In this document: positions 49,536-58,293 of the stretch, piece by piece | How positions within the stretch are numbered: the first letter of the stretch is position 1 | How the letters are laid out: every line of letters starts with the position of its first letter | Source: an uncultured Chloroflexia bacterium | GTDB taxonomy: Bacteria; Chloroflexota; Chloroflexia; QHBQ01; JADMIH01 | Length of the DNA stretch: 64,000 nt | NCBI GenBank assembly: GCA_963797095.1 | Contig: CAWCNY010000002.1 | Coordinates: 1,280,001 to 1,344,000 of the forward strand | Direction of reading: 5' to 3' | The notes under the pieces: model-generated | What the model was told of the DNA's origin: nothing | What the model saw: only the letters and a program-made list of their open reading frames with translations | Database searches by the model: none | Made by a program: the position numbers and the translations under genes

Positions 49536-50389
49536 ATCAAATCGAGCCGTTCGCCGCCCTGGGGTATAACGACGCCGTGGAAGCTATCATCCTGCTGGCC
49601 CTGTCGGAGGACATAGGCAGGGGAGACATTACGACCGAGTCTACAGTGCCAGCCGAGAACGAGGCCCGCGCGGTTATCCTCCAGAAGACCACCGGTGTGC
49701 TGTGTGGATTGCCCGTAGTGCAGGCGGTTTTCGCGCTGCTCGACCCGCGTGTCATAGTCGAACCTCTTGCCGACGAAGGCTCCAGGGGCGACCGCCGAGA
49801 GGTAGCTCGCATCACCGGCCCCGCGAGGGCCATCCTGACGGGCGAGCGCACGGCCCTCAACTTTTTACAGCGTTTATCGGGCGTGGCTACCATGAGCCGC
49901 CGGGCAAGAGAAGCAGTGGAAGGCACGAAGGCCACGGTGTTGGACACGCGCAAGACGACCCCAGGCCATCGCGCCCTCGAAAAGTATGCCGTGCGCGTGG
50001 GTGGCTCTCGCAACCACCGGGCCGGGTTGGACGACGCGGTCCTTATCAAGGATAATCACATTCGCGCCGCTGGGGGAATACGCGCCGCCGTTGAAGGGGT
50101 GCGTAAGCGTGTTGGTCCTGCCCAGAAGATCGAGGTGGAGGTGACCAACCGCACGGAGCTTGATCAAGCCCTGGCCGCACGTGCCGAGATCATCATGCTG
50201 GACAACTACGAAATAGACGCTATGCGCGAACAGGTCCGGTATGTGGCGGGCCGCGCCAAGCTCGAAGCGAGCGGCGGAATCACCCTTGCTAACCTCACCG
50301 ATATCGCCCGCACAGGCGTCGATTACATATCACTTGGGGCGCTGACCCATTCGGCAGGCTCCCTCGATTTCTCATTGGAGATAGTTTGA
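49526..50389 (+). CDS. nadC: Quinolinate phosphoribosyltransferase
   Basis: ED.G.GDIT, ERTALN, DTRKT.PG, LIKDNH, IMLDN, EASGG, GALTHS; GAGGAGG RBS before TTG. Confidence 0.95.
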   Translation: MRLDQIEPFAALGYNDAVEAIILLALSEDIGRGDITTESTVPAENEARAVILQKTTGVLCGLPVVQAVFALLDPRVIVEPLADEGSRGDRREVARITGPARAILTGERTALNFLQRLSGVATMSRRAREAVEGTKATVLDTRKTTPGHRALEKYAVRVGGSRNHRAGLDDAVLIKDNHIRAAGGIRAAVEGVRKRVGPAQKIEVEVTNRTELDQALAARAEIIMLDNYEIDAMREQVRYVAGRAKLEASGGITLANLTDIARTGVDYISLGALTHSAGSLDFSLEIV

Positions 50390-51435
50390 TGGCAAATACA
50401 GAGACTTCAACAAAGACTGAAACACGCAAACCTATGCACCCCGCGCTGATGCGCTTCTTCCAGCAGGACCCTGAGGAAGTCACGCGGCTTCAAGAAGAAG
50501 TTCGCCAACTTGCCAGAGAGCGGCAGGCGGTCATCATGGCGCACAACTACCAGGTGCCCGAAGTGCAGGACGTGGCCGACTTCGTGGGCGACTCGCTGGG
50601 GCTGGCTATTGAGGCCTCCAAGACCACTTCACCTGTGATCGTGCTGTGCGGCGTGTACTTCATGGCCGAGACCGCCAAGCTCCTCAACCCCAATCGCACC
50701 GTGATCATCCCCGACGAGACGGCGGGCTGCTCGCTTGCCGACTCCATTACGGTCGCGCAATTGCGCGAGTGGAAAGCGCAGCACCCTGGGGCCGTGGTGG
50801 TCAGCTATGTCAATACTACCGCCGATATCAAGGCTGAGACGGATATCTGCGTGACGAGCGGCAATGCCCAGGCGATTATTCGCTCCGTGCCCGAAGAGAA
50901 GACGATCCTGTTCCTTCCCGATATGTACTTGGGGACCTGGCTCAGGAATTCGCTGAACCGCGAGAACATGATCATATGGGCGGGCGAGTGCCACGTGCAC
51001 GCGGGCATACGCACGAGCGAGATCTACGAGATGATGGCCCAGTACCCGGATGCCGACCTGCTGATCCATCCTGAGTGCGGCTGCACCAGCCGTTTTGTGC
51101 TGGCCCACGAGCAGGGCAAACTCCCTGAGAACACCTTCGTGCTCTCGACTGAGGGGATGATCAAGCACGCCCACAGCGCGCCCAACAAGACCCACCTTGT
51201 AGCCACCGAAACGGGCATCTTGCATCGCCTGGAGAAAGAGAACCCCGACCGCACCTTCGTGCCCGCCGACCGGGCTGCCGTCTGCCGCTACATGAAGCAA
51301 ATCACGATTGAGAAACTGCGCAATTCGTTGCGAGATATGCAGCCGCAAGTAGAGGTGCCAGCCGAGATCGCGGATAAGGCGAGGTTGTCAATCGAGCGAA
51401 TGCTGGCTGTGCCGGGAAATATCAAGAAGGATTGA
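50386..51435 (+). CDS. nadA: Quinolinate synthase A
   Basis: AHNYQ, GDSL, CGVYFMAETAK, AGCSLA, YVNT, CHVH, HPEC. Confidence 0.95.
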   Translation: MMANTETSTKTETRKPMHPALMRFFQQDPEEVTRLQEEVRQLARERQAVIMAHNYQVPEVQDVADFVGDSLGLAIEASKTTSPVIVLCGVYFMAETAKLLNPNRTVIIPDETAGCSLADSITVAQLREWKAQHPGAVVVSYVNTTADIKAETDICVTSGNAQAIIRSVPEEKTILFLPDMYLGTWLRNSLNRENMIIWAGECHVHAGIRTSEIYEMMAQYPDADLLIHPECGCTSRFVLAHEQGKLPENTFVLSTEGMIKHAHSAPNKTHLVATETGILHRLEKENPDRTFVPADRAAVCRYMKQITIEKLRNSLRDMQPQVEVPAEIADKARLSIERMLAVPGNIKKD

Positions 51436-51876
51436 AATAATCCATAGGCGATGTCACCCTTTTGTGCGACGCTTCTTGCAAGCGCTTTTGTAGTATCCTG
51501 TGGGCAAACGCAGTGAAGTACCCCATGAGTAAACTCGGGGGCTTCTACGCTTCGATTGCTCTAGGCGTTGGGCACTTCCTGCCAATTGGTTTGCACTATG
51601 AGAGACGCTCGATATGTTTTACTCAACACGAGAATTCGGTGCTGAAACCCTCTACATATCCTACTGTCGAAGTGCGGGCTACGACCCGAAGGCAGTAGCA
51701 ACGAGTAGCGATGGTTAGCTGACCCGTCATAGGTTATACCACTGTGGAGGGCTTTATGCTGAGGCTTTCAACCAACCTACTACGTAGAAGCGCTGTATCC
51801 CCGTGCCTATAGGCAGGGGTCTTAGCCGCTATGAAAGGTGATAAAGCATGGCCGCGGAAACAGGAGGGTGAAAAGC

Positions 51877-52416
51877 ATGTCGTTATGGACGCTTCTGATC
51901 GTGATTTGTCTGTCAGGTGCAATAGGTGGGCTGGTTAACGCTATCCTCGTTGAGGATGGGTTTCATCTTCCCGATATGTCCAATGGGATCCTAAGGCCGG
52001 GGTTCCTGGGCAACATCATCACGGGCGCGGCGGCTGCCGGTGCATCGTGGGGCCTATATGGTCCGTTCAGTTCGGCCTCTATACTTGGACCACAGCCGGC
52101 AGGAACTCTGGCTGACACCTTCAATATGTCGCTTGCGGCTCTGATCGGGGCTTTCTTCGTCGGAATGGGTGGGGCGCGCTGGCTGACGAGCGAAGTTGAC
52201 AGAAAGCTCGAAAAGGCCACCAATAACACGCTCACCACAGCCCTGGCTTCTAGCCCGCAGGTGCCTGTGGTATCAGCGAGTTTGGCCGATAGCATGCAAA
52301 GCGCATCTTCCGCAGGACGGTTGGAGATCGCAAAGAAGTTCGCGGCAGATATCGCAGACCCTGGAGTTTCCGGAGCGCATAGTGCGCCGCAACCCGCGCC
52401 GGGAGGCCATAGTTAA
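51877..52416 (+). CDS. Hypothetical membrane protein
   Basis: AGGAGG RBS; GAIGGLVN and GAAAA glycine-rich TM helices. Confidence 0.7.
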   Translation: MSLWTLLIVICLSGAIGGLVNAILVEDGFHLPDMSNGILRPGFLGNIITGAAAAGASWGLYGPFSSASILGPQPAGTLADTFNMSLAALIGAFFVGMGGARWLTSEVDRKLEKATNNTLTTALASSPQVPVVSASLADSMQSASSAGRLEIAKKFAADIADPGVSGAHSAPQPAPGGHS

Positions 52417-52502
52417 AAGTACCTGTTAGCCGTTTCTTTCAATCGCTGGCATCACTGTTGATTCCAAAATCGCGCCGGTAGTTGTGTTCCTGTGTGCCAT
52501 GC

Positions 52503-53324
52503 TTAGAGGCCCCTTGTTGCAAGCATCTCTTTAGCAGGGGTTCTATCACCTGTACATGAAATCATACGAGGTGCATCAAGGATCGTGATTTCAAACTCCA
52601 GCTCCCTGTAAAGGGTGAGAATTCGTTCTGTAGCCTGATTCGAAGCAACAAGCGGACTAGTTTGTTGCGCGAGCCAGCTTGCGAGCCGGACCTGGTCGTC
52701 CCAGGAAAAGCCGCCGGAACTGTACGTAGTAAATTCAACGTCATAGGGTGGATCAGCGTAAATGAAATCGGTTGGCTCGATCCTGATGTCGCTGAAATCG
52801 CCAAAATCCAGCTTCCAATGGGCTACTACTGCTTTGTATGCAGCGAAATCTCGTGTATAGGTAATCGTTTTGTATCTTCCAAACGGAACATTGAACTCTC
52901 CCCTATTGTTGAATCTGCATAGGCCATTGAACCCGGTTCTGTTCAAATAGTAAAAGAGGGAGGCAGCTTCTTGACTCTCCCCCTCTCCCTCGCGGATCAA
53001 CTGATTGAAACGGTTCCTCTGCCGGTAGTACACCTCCTGGTCGTTCTCCATTTCAATATCTGCGACCAGACCATGCTTAAGCCACCTGTAGAAATTAATC
53101 AGGTGCGGGTTTGTATCATTCAAGAGCGCATTTTCGGGACGCAGCCCCAGCGTGACTGCCATCCCGCCAACAAAAGGCTCCACAAGTCGCCGGTGTTCAT
53201 GTGTGTTCCAGGCAGCATGAAGATGGGGCACGAGCCATCTCTTGCCCCCGGCCCACTTCAGTGGTGGGGGTAGCGCTGCGCTTTGAGTTGCTACGGGCGA
53301 GGATTGTCGCGAAATGGCTTGCAT
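52503..53324 (-). CDS. dam: Dam-family (D12 class) N6-adenine DNA methyltransferase, solitary
   Basis: LKWAGGK, EPFVG, YLNRTGFNGL.R.N..G.FNVPFG, DPPY. Confidence 0.9.
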   Translation of the reverse strand: MQAISRQSSPVATQSAALPPPLKWAGGKRWLVPHLHAAWNTHEHRRLVEPFVGGMAVTLGLRPENALLNDTNPHLINFYRWLKHGLVADIEMENDQEVYYRQRNRFNQLIREGEGESQEAASLFYYLNRTGFNGLCRFNNRGEFNVPFGRYKTITYTRDFAAYKAVVAHWKLDFGDFSDIRIEPTDFIYADPPYDVEFTTYSSGGFSWDDQVRLASWLAQQTSPLVASNQATERILTLYRELEFEITILDAPRMISCTGDRTPAKEMLATRGL

Positions 53325-53474
53325 AACTTTCTCACTTCCTGTCTAATAGAGATTATATCATTCCTGCCCCTGCGGATTACGCCCTCATGAAAGGAACGCC
53401 GGCGGTCTATCTGGGGTATGCTTATTGCTGATCAGTTCCGCAACCCTCCCACCCCTACTACTATTGCGAGGTTT

Positions 53475-55235
53475 ATGATGCGCACGATTCGATTGCTCCT
53501 GACCGCTACTTTCCTGCTGCTCCTCGTTGCTTTTCCTACCGCTGCCGCTCCTGTCGCCCAAAGTGACGATGTGCCGGGTGGAGTCCCGCCTATGGAAGAC
53601 CTGCCCCCAGGCGTGTATGTGGAGACCGTTCTGGAAGGGATGCATGTTCCCATCGCGATGGTGTTCGACCCTTCGGGTAGGCTCTTCTATACCGAGAAGG
53701 ACGGCCAGGTGCGCCTTTTTGCCAACGGCAAGCTCCAGGACGCGCCCGTGATGCAATTCAAGGTCAACAGCGAGGGTGAGCGCGGACTGCTTGGCATTAC
53801 GCTCAACCCCGACTTCGCGAACAACCACTATGTGTACGTCTATTACACTTGCGACGTGGGTGACGGCTGCGAAACTCTCCAGAACCAGGTAGTGCGCTTT
53901 ACCGAGCACGACGGCATAGGCTCCGATCCCACTACGATCTTCGTTTCAAAGCAGAGTGCGCCCAACCATGTTGGAGGCAACATCCACTTCGGGCCGGATG
54001 GGATGCTTTACATATCCATCGGTGAGAATGCCGACCCTCCGAACTCGCAAAACCTGAAGGCAACCCAGGGCAAGATCCACAGGATCAACCCGGATGGCTC
54101 GACCCCGCCCGACAACCCCAACTTCGACGAGCCGGGGGCGCTCCCCTCGATTTATGCTTATGGGGTGCGCAATAGTTTCGATTTCACTTTCGATCCTCTG
54201 GTGAAAGGACGTATCTTCGCCAGCGAGAACGGCCCAGGCTGCGACGACGAAATGAACCGCATCGAAGCAGGCTATAACTACGGCTGGCGGGCAAATTACC
54301 CTTGCGATGACCCACACCCCGACTCGGATTACAACAATATCAATCCGTTGTGGTATGCAGGCGACGATTGCTGTGTAGCTCCCACCGGGATCGTAGTGTA
54401 CAACGGCGACAGTATCCCGCAGTGGAAGGGGCAGGTGTTCATGGCGGTTTACGTCGGCAATATGTATCACTTCACGCTCAACGGTGACCGCACACTTGTT
54501 ACCTCGGCAGGCACCCTGCGCGACATCACGGCCAATCTGGACGTAGAAAACGGTCCCGACGGTGCGCTCTGGTATATAGAAGGCGGGGGCTACAGCGATG
54601 GCACTCTAAAGCGGCTTGTGGGGCAGGGCCGGCCCAGTCCTACGGCAACACCCCAACCTGGCGGCCCGCTGACTATTCCGGGTAGCGGCAGCCGCACTTT
54701 CCCGGAAACCGGAAAGACGGTGACCGGTATCTTCCTCGACTACTGGGACCAGCATGGCGGCCTCGCGCAGCAAGGGTTCCCGATCTCTGACCTGCTGACC
54801 GAAGTATCCGACCTTGACGGCAAGCCCTATACCATGCAGTACTTCGAGCGAGCCGTCTTCGAATATCACCCTGAGAACGATCCGCCTAACAATGTGCTAT
54901 TGTCGCAATTAGGCACTTTCGCGTACAAGGCAAAGTACCCGGATGGCGCGCCCAGCCAGCAGCCAAACACAAGCGAAGGCTCGCAGCTATTCAGCGACAC
55001 GGGTAAGCGGGTTGGAGGGAAGTTCCTCGACTACTGGCAGCAACATGGCGGCCTGGCCCAGCAGGGGCTTCCGATCTCGGACGAATTTACCGAGAAATCG
55101 GACCTCAACGGTAAAACATATACAGTCCAGTATTTCGAGAGGGCCGTCTTCGAGCTACACCCGGAGAACCAACCTCCCTACGATGTGCTCCTGAGCCAGT
55201 TGGGCACGTTTCGGTACCGGGATAAGTACAAGTGA
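53475..55235 (+). CDS. Secreted PQQ-dependent glucose/sorbosone dehydrogenase with two C-terminal FPETG/QYFER repeats
   Basis: GERGLLGI, NHVGG.I.FGPDG.LY, RINPDGS.P.DNP, YGVRN, SENGP..DE; repeats GGLAQQG.P..QYFERAVFE.HPEN. Confidence 0.88.
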   Translation: MMRTIRLLLTATFLLLLVAFPTAAAPVAQSDDVPGGVPPMEDLPPGVYVETVLEGMHVPIAMVFDPSGRLFYTEKDGQVRLFANGKLQDAPVMQFKVNSEGERGLLGITLNPDFANNHYVYVYYTCDVGDGCETLQNQVVRFTEHDGIGSDPTTIFVSKQSAPNHVGGNIHFGPDGMLYISIGENADPPNSQNLKATQGKIHRINPDGSTPPDNPNFDEPGALPSIYAYGVRNSFDFTFDPLVKGRIFASENGPGCDDEMNRIEAGYNYGWRANYPCDDPHPDSDYNNINPLWYAGDDCCVAPTGIVVYNGDSIPQWKGQVFMAVYVGNMYHFTLNGDRTLVTSAGTLRDITANLDVENGPDGALWYIEGGGYSDGTLKRLVGQGRPSPTATPQPGGPLTIPGSGSRTFPETGKTVTGIFLDYWDQHGGLAQQGFPISDLLTEVSDLDGKPYTMQYFERAVFEYHPENDPPNNVLLSQLGTFAYKAKYPDGAPSQQPNTSEGSQLFSDTGKRVGGKFLDYWQQHGGLAQQGLPISDEFTEKSDLNGKTYTVQYFERAVFELHPENQPPYDVLLSQLGTFRYRDKYK

Positions 55236-55297
55236 CGAGTGACGAGTGACGAGTACTGCTTATTTACGCGTCACTCGTCACTCGTCACTCGTCACTC
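55231..55297. repeat. Heptamer-repeat hairpin between convergent genes
   Basis: (AGTGACG)3 ... (CGTCACT)4, inverted. Confidence 0.8.
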
Positions 55298-56551
55298 ATG
55301 AGCATTCTTCTCAATGAAGTCCAGGATTCGTTGGGTGAAGTCGGAGCCGTATTCGGTGAGGAAAAGGCCGGTGGCGTGGACTGTGCCAGGGTAGAGGTGC
55401 TGTTCTTTTGGCTCAGGCATCTTATCATAGAATGCCTGGATCTCGCTTGCACCCGGTTCATCCTGTGCTGAGAGGAATAGCTTGGGGATGTCAAGCGTTT
55501 GCAGTTGCTCGTCGGACGTGCCCATTCCCTCTATATTCTGGCCCGAAGCCAGGATCACCAGCGCTTCGGCCTTTGTTTTGGTGGCTTGAATGGCCGAGAT
55601 TGTGCCGCCGCAACTGCCGCCGACCAGTACCAGTTTGTCTGCTCCCCGGCTTTGCACGTATTGGACCGCCGCAGCTATATCAAGCTCCAGGTCGGTGACC
55701 GTGAATGTCCCCTCCGATAAGCCGAAGCCCCTGTAATAATAGGAGAGGACCGTGTATCCCTGGTTCTTCAGTTTGAGCGCAAGATCGATCCAATCGTCTT
55801 TGCCGTCTTTCGAGCAGATGGCTGATAGCACTACGGCTGTCTTGCCGCTGCCATATAGGGACCCCGACAGTTTCACACCATCCTCGGTCGTAAAATCGAC
55901 CGTTTCACCCGCTCGCTCCTGCTTGCGGAGGGTGCCTAGCTGGCTCAAAAGCACATCGTAGGGAGGTTGGTTCTCCGGGTGTAGCTCGAATACAGCCCTT
56001 TCAAAGTACTGTACCCTGTATTCTTTGCCGTCCAGGGCTGACTTCTCCATGAACTCGTCAGAGATAGGATAACCTTGTTGGGCCAGGCCGCCATGTTGCT
56101 GCCAGTAGTCGAGGAACTTCCCTCCAACCCGCTTACCCGTGTCGCTGAATAGCTGCGAGCCTTCGCTTGTGTTTGGCTGCTGGCTGGGCGCGCCATCCGG
56201 GTACTTTGCCTTGTACGCGAAAGTGCCGAGCAAGGATAGCAGGATATTGTCAGGTGGCTCGTTTTCGGAATGTAGCTCGAATACAGCCCTCTCGAAGTAC
56301 TGGACTGTGTATACTTTTCCATCCGTGGGGCTGATCTCCTGTATTTGAGTAGTGATCGGATAGCCCTGCTGGGCCAGGCCTCCGTGGGCGGTCCAATAGT
56401 CGAGGAAATCGAAGCACACTTTGATCCCGGTCGCCTCGAAAGTGGAGCAACCTGATTGTGCTGCCGCAGGGCGTGATGTTATGCTCGTCCAACCGAACGC
56501 CGTTAGCATCATCAGCGTCAACCCCCACCTGTATGCTCTCTTGCATGCCAT
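55292..56551 (-). CDS. Secreted alpha/beta hydrolase with two N-terminal QYFER repeats
   Basis: Signal peptide, GGLAQQG..QYFERAVFE repeats, GGSCGG elbow, C-terminal His. Confidence 0.85.
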   Translation of the reverse strand: MACKRAYRWGLTLMMLTAFGWTSITSRPAAAQSGCSTFEATGIKVCFDFLDYWTAHGGLAQQGYPITTQIQEISPTDGKVYTVQYFERAVFELHSENEPPDNILLSLLGTFAYKAKYPDGAPSQQPNTSEGSQLFSDTGKRVGGKFLDYWQQHGGLAQQGYPISDEFMEKSALDGKEYRVQYFERAVFELHPENQPPYDVLLSQLGTLRKQERAGETVDFTTEDGVKLSGSLYGSGKTAVVLSAICSKDGKDDWIDLALKLKNQGYTVLSYYYRGFGLSEGTFTVTDLELDIAAAVQYVQSRGADKLVLVGGSCGGTISAIQATKTKAEALVILASGQNIEGMGTSDEQLQTLDIPKLFLSAQDEPGASEIQAFYDKMPEPKEQHLYPGTVHATGLFLTEYGSDFTQRILDFIEKNAHE

Positions 56552-56695
56552 CCCTATCCTCCCTTTCCCTTGCTAACCCATCAATCTCGCTTCCCTTCTT
56601 GCATCTTGTACACCCATTGGCCCCCTTTAGTTCCCCCTCGGTGTATACTGTATGAGAGGCATTTGAGCGCCCTTTGCCGACCTTTCAGAAAGGAA

Positions 56696-57502
56696 ATGAT
56701 AATAGATACGCGCACTTTGATCTTCGACCCCCCGGAGGCGGCTCACCCTTTAATGCCCGGCGCAGAACCTTTCCTCTACACGGCGGGGGATGTTGCCTGC
56801 TTGCTTATCCATGGCTTCACCTCTTCCCCTTATGAGATGCGCGAGCCTGCCCGATACCTTGCCGAACGCGGCATCACGGCGGGGGCGTGCCTCCTCGCCG
56901 GGCACGGTACGGCCCCCGAAGACCTGCAAGGCAAGACCTGGCACCACTGGTATGCCTCGGTCAGCAGCGCGCTCGATCTGCTTCTGGCTAATTACAGGCG
57001 AGTCTACGTGGCGGGGTTGTCGCTTGGCGGCGCGCTTACCCTCTACGCCGCCTCGCAGTATAGCGATAGGCTGGCAGGCATTGTCGTCATGTCTGCGCCC
57101 GTCTATCTTCCGACGGGCGTGGCCTATATCTTGCGAGGTATCCAGGCGTCGTTCCCGTTCCTCACAAAGCCCTACCGCGACATCGAGGACCAAACGGCGC
57201 GTGACCACCATGTCGGCTATGTGCGCTCGCCCGTAGATGCTACCGCATCTCTGATAGATTTTCTGGAACATGTGCGCTCAGGTCTGCCGCGCATTCACGT
57301 ACCCGCCCTCATTATCTATTCCCGCCACGACCACGTCGTCCCCAGCGTCAGCTCGCACTACATCTACTCTCGCCTTGGCTCCCACGATAAGCGGATGCTC
57401 GCCCTCCACAGGGGCTATCACATCGTCACTGTAGACTATGATAAACAGAAAGTGTTCGAGGCGATTTACGATTTCATCTCACGAATTGAGAAGGTAGTTT
57501 GA
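56696..57502 (+). CDS. Carboxylesterase/monoacylglycerol lipase family hydrolase
   Basis: IHGFTSSP.E, GHGT, GLSLGG, DHVVP, YH; GAAAGGA RBS. Confidence 0.88.
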   Translation: MIIDTRTLIFDPPEAAHPLMPGAEPFLYTAGDVACLLIHGFTSSPYEMREPARYLAERGITAGACLLAGHGTAPEDLQGKTWHHWYASVSSALDLLLANYRRVYVAGLSLGGALTLYAASQYSDRLAGIVVMSAPVYLPTGVAYILRGIQASFPFLTKPYRDIEDQTARDHHVGYVRSPVDATASLIDFLEHVRSGLPRIHVPALIIYSRHDHVVPSVSSHYIYSRLGSHDKRMLALHRGYHIVTVDYDKQKVFEAIYDFISRIEKVV

Positions 57503-57540
57503 GGTTGGAAGTTCGAACCTCAAGCTTCCCGGAGGTATAA

Positions 57541-58287
57541 ATGCTCAAAGGCATCCTTTTCGATTTAGGCCATACACTCCAGGAGTTCAGAAGCGACGAT
57601 TGGCCCGGCATACGCAAAGTGATGAACACCGCCCTATATCGGCACATAGCCGCCAACGGCCACCAGCACAATTTGCCCCCGCTCGATGAGTTCCTTGAGA
57701 TCATGGAGAGGCGAAGCCAGGCGATATGGGACCAGGCGCGCACCACACAGAGAGGACACTCCCTGTTGTCGATCCTTCCCACAATATTCGAGGAATATGG
57801 CGTGCAAGGTCTCACTCCCGATCAATGCCTGCAACCCTGGTACGACCAGCGCGCCTCGAACTGGATCTATATCGAGCCTGATGTCAAGCCCACCCTCGAA
57901 AAGCTACGCGACCAGGGCCTGAAACTGGGCCTTGTGTCCAACACGGCCTGGCCCGCCGCCGCGCACGATCCCGACCTTGAGCACTTCGGCATTATCGACC
58001 TCCTTCCATGCCGTATCTACTCATGCGATTTCGGTTGGGAAAAACCCGACCCCCACATCTTCCACGCCGCCCTCGATTGCCTGGGGCTGAAGCCAGAAGA
58101 GACCGCTTTCGTGGGCGATTTCCTTCAGTTCGATATTGCCGGCGCGCATGGCGTTGGCATGAAAGCGGTCTGGAAGCGTATCGTGGGCCGCCCCGACGAG
58201 ATTGACGACCATACTATTGTGCCTGATGCTACAATTACCCGCATAGGTGAATTGCCTGCCGTGCTCGATCGGCTCTATAATGCTTAG
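57541..58287 (+). CDS. HAD family hydrolase
   Basis: FDLGHTL, VSN, EKPDP.IF, VGD...DI.GA. Confidence 0.88.
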   Translation: MLKGILFDLGHTLQEFRSDDWPGIRKVMNTALYRHIAANGHQHNLPPLDEFLEIMERRSQAIWDQARTTQRGHSLLSILPTIFEEYGVQGLTPDQCLQPWYDQRASNWIYIEPDVKPTLEKLRDQGLKLGLVSNTAWPAAAHDPDLEHFGIIDLLPCRIYSCDFGWEKPDPHIFHAALDCLGLKPEETAFVGDFLQFDIAGAHGVGMKAVWKRIVGRPDEIDDHTIVPDATITRIGELPAVLDRLYNA

Positions 58288-58293
58288 ACAAGC

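Noticed and set aside
47161-51435. NAD genes plus sirtuin as an anti-phage or NAD-reconstitution system
   Set aside because: This is an ordinary NrtR-regulated de novo nadBCA operon; the sirtuin is a standard CobB-type enzyme 13 kb away.
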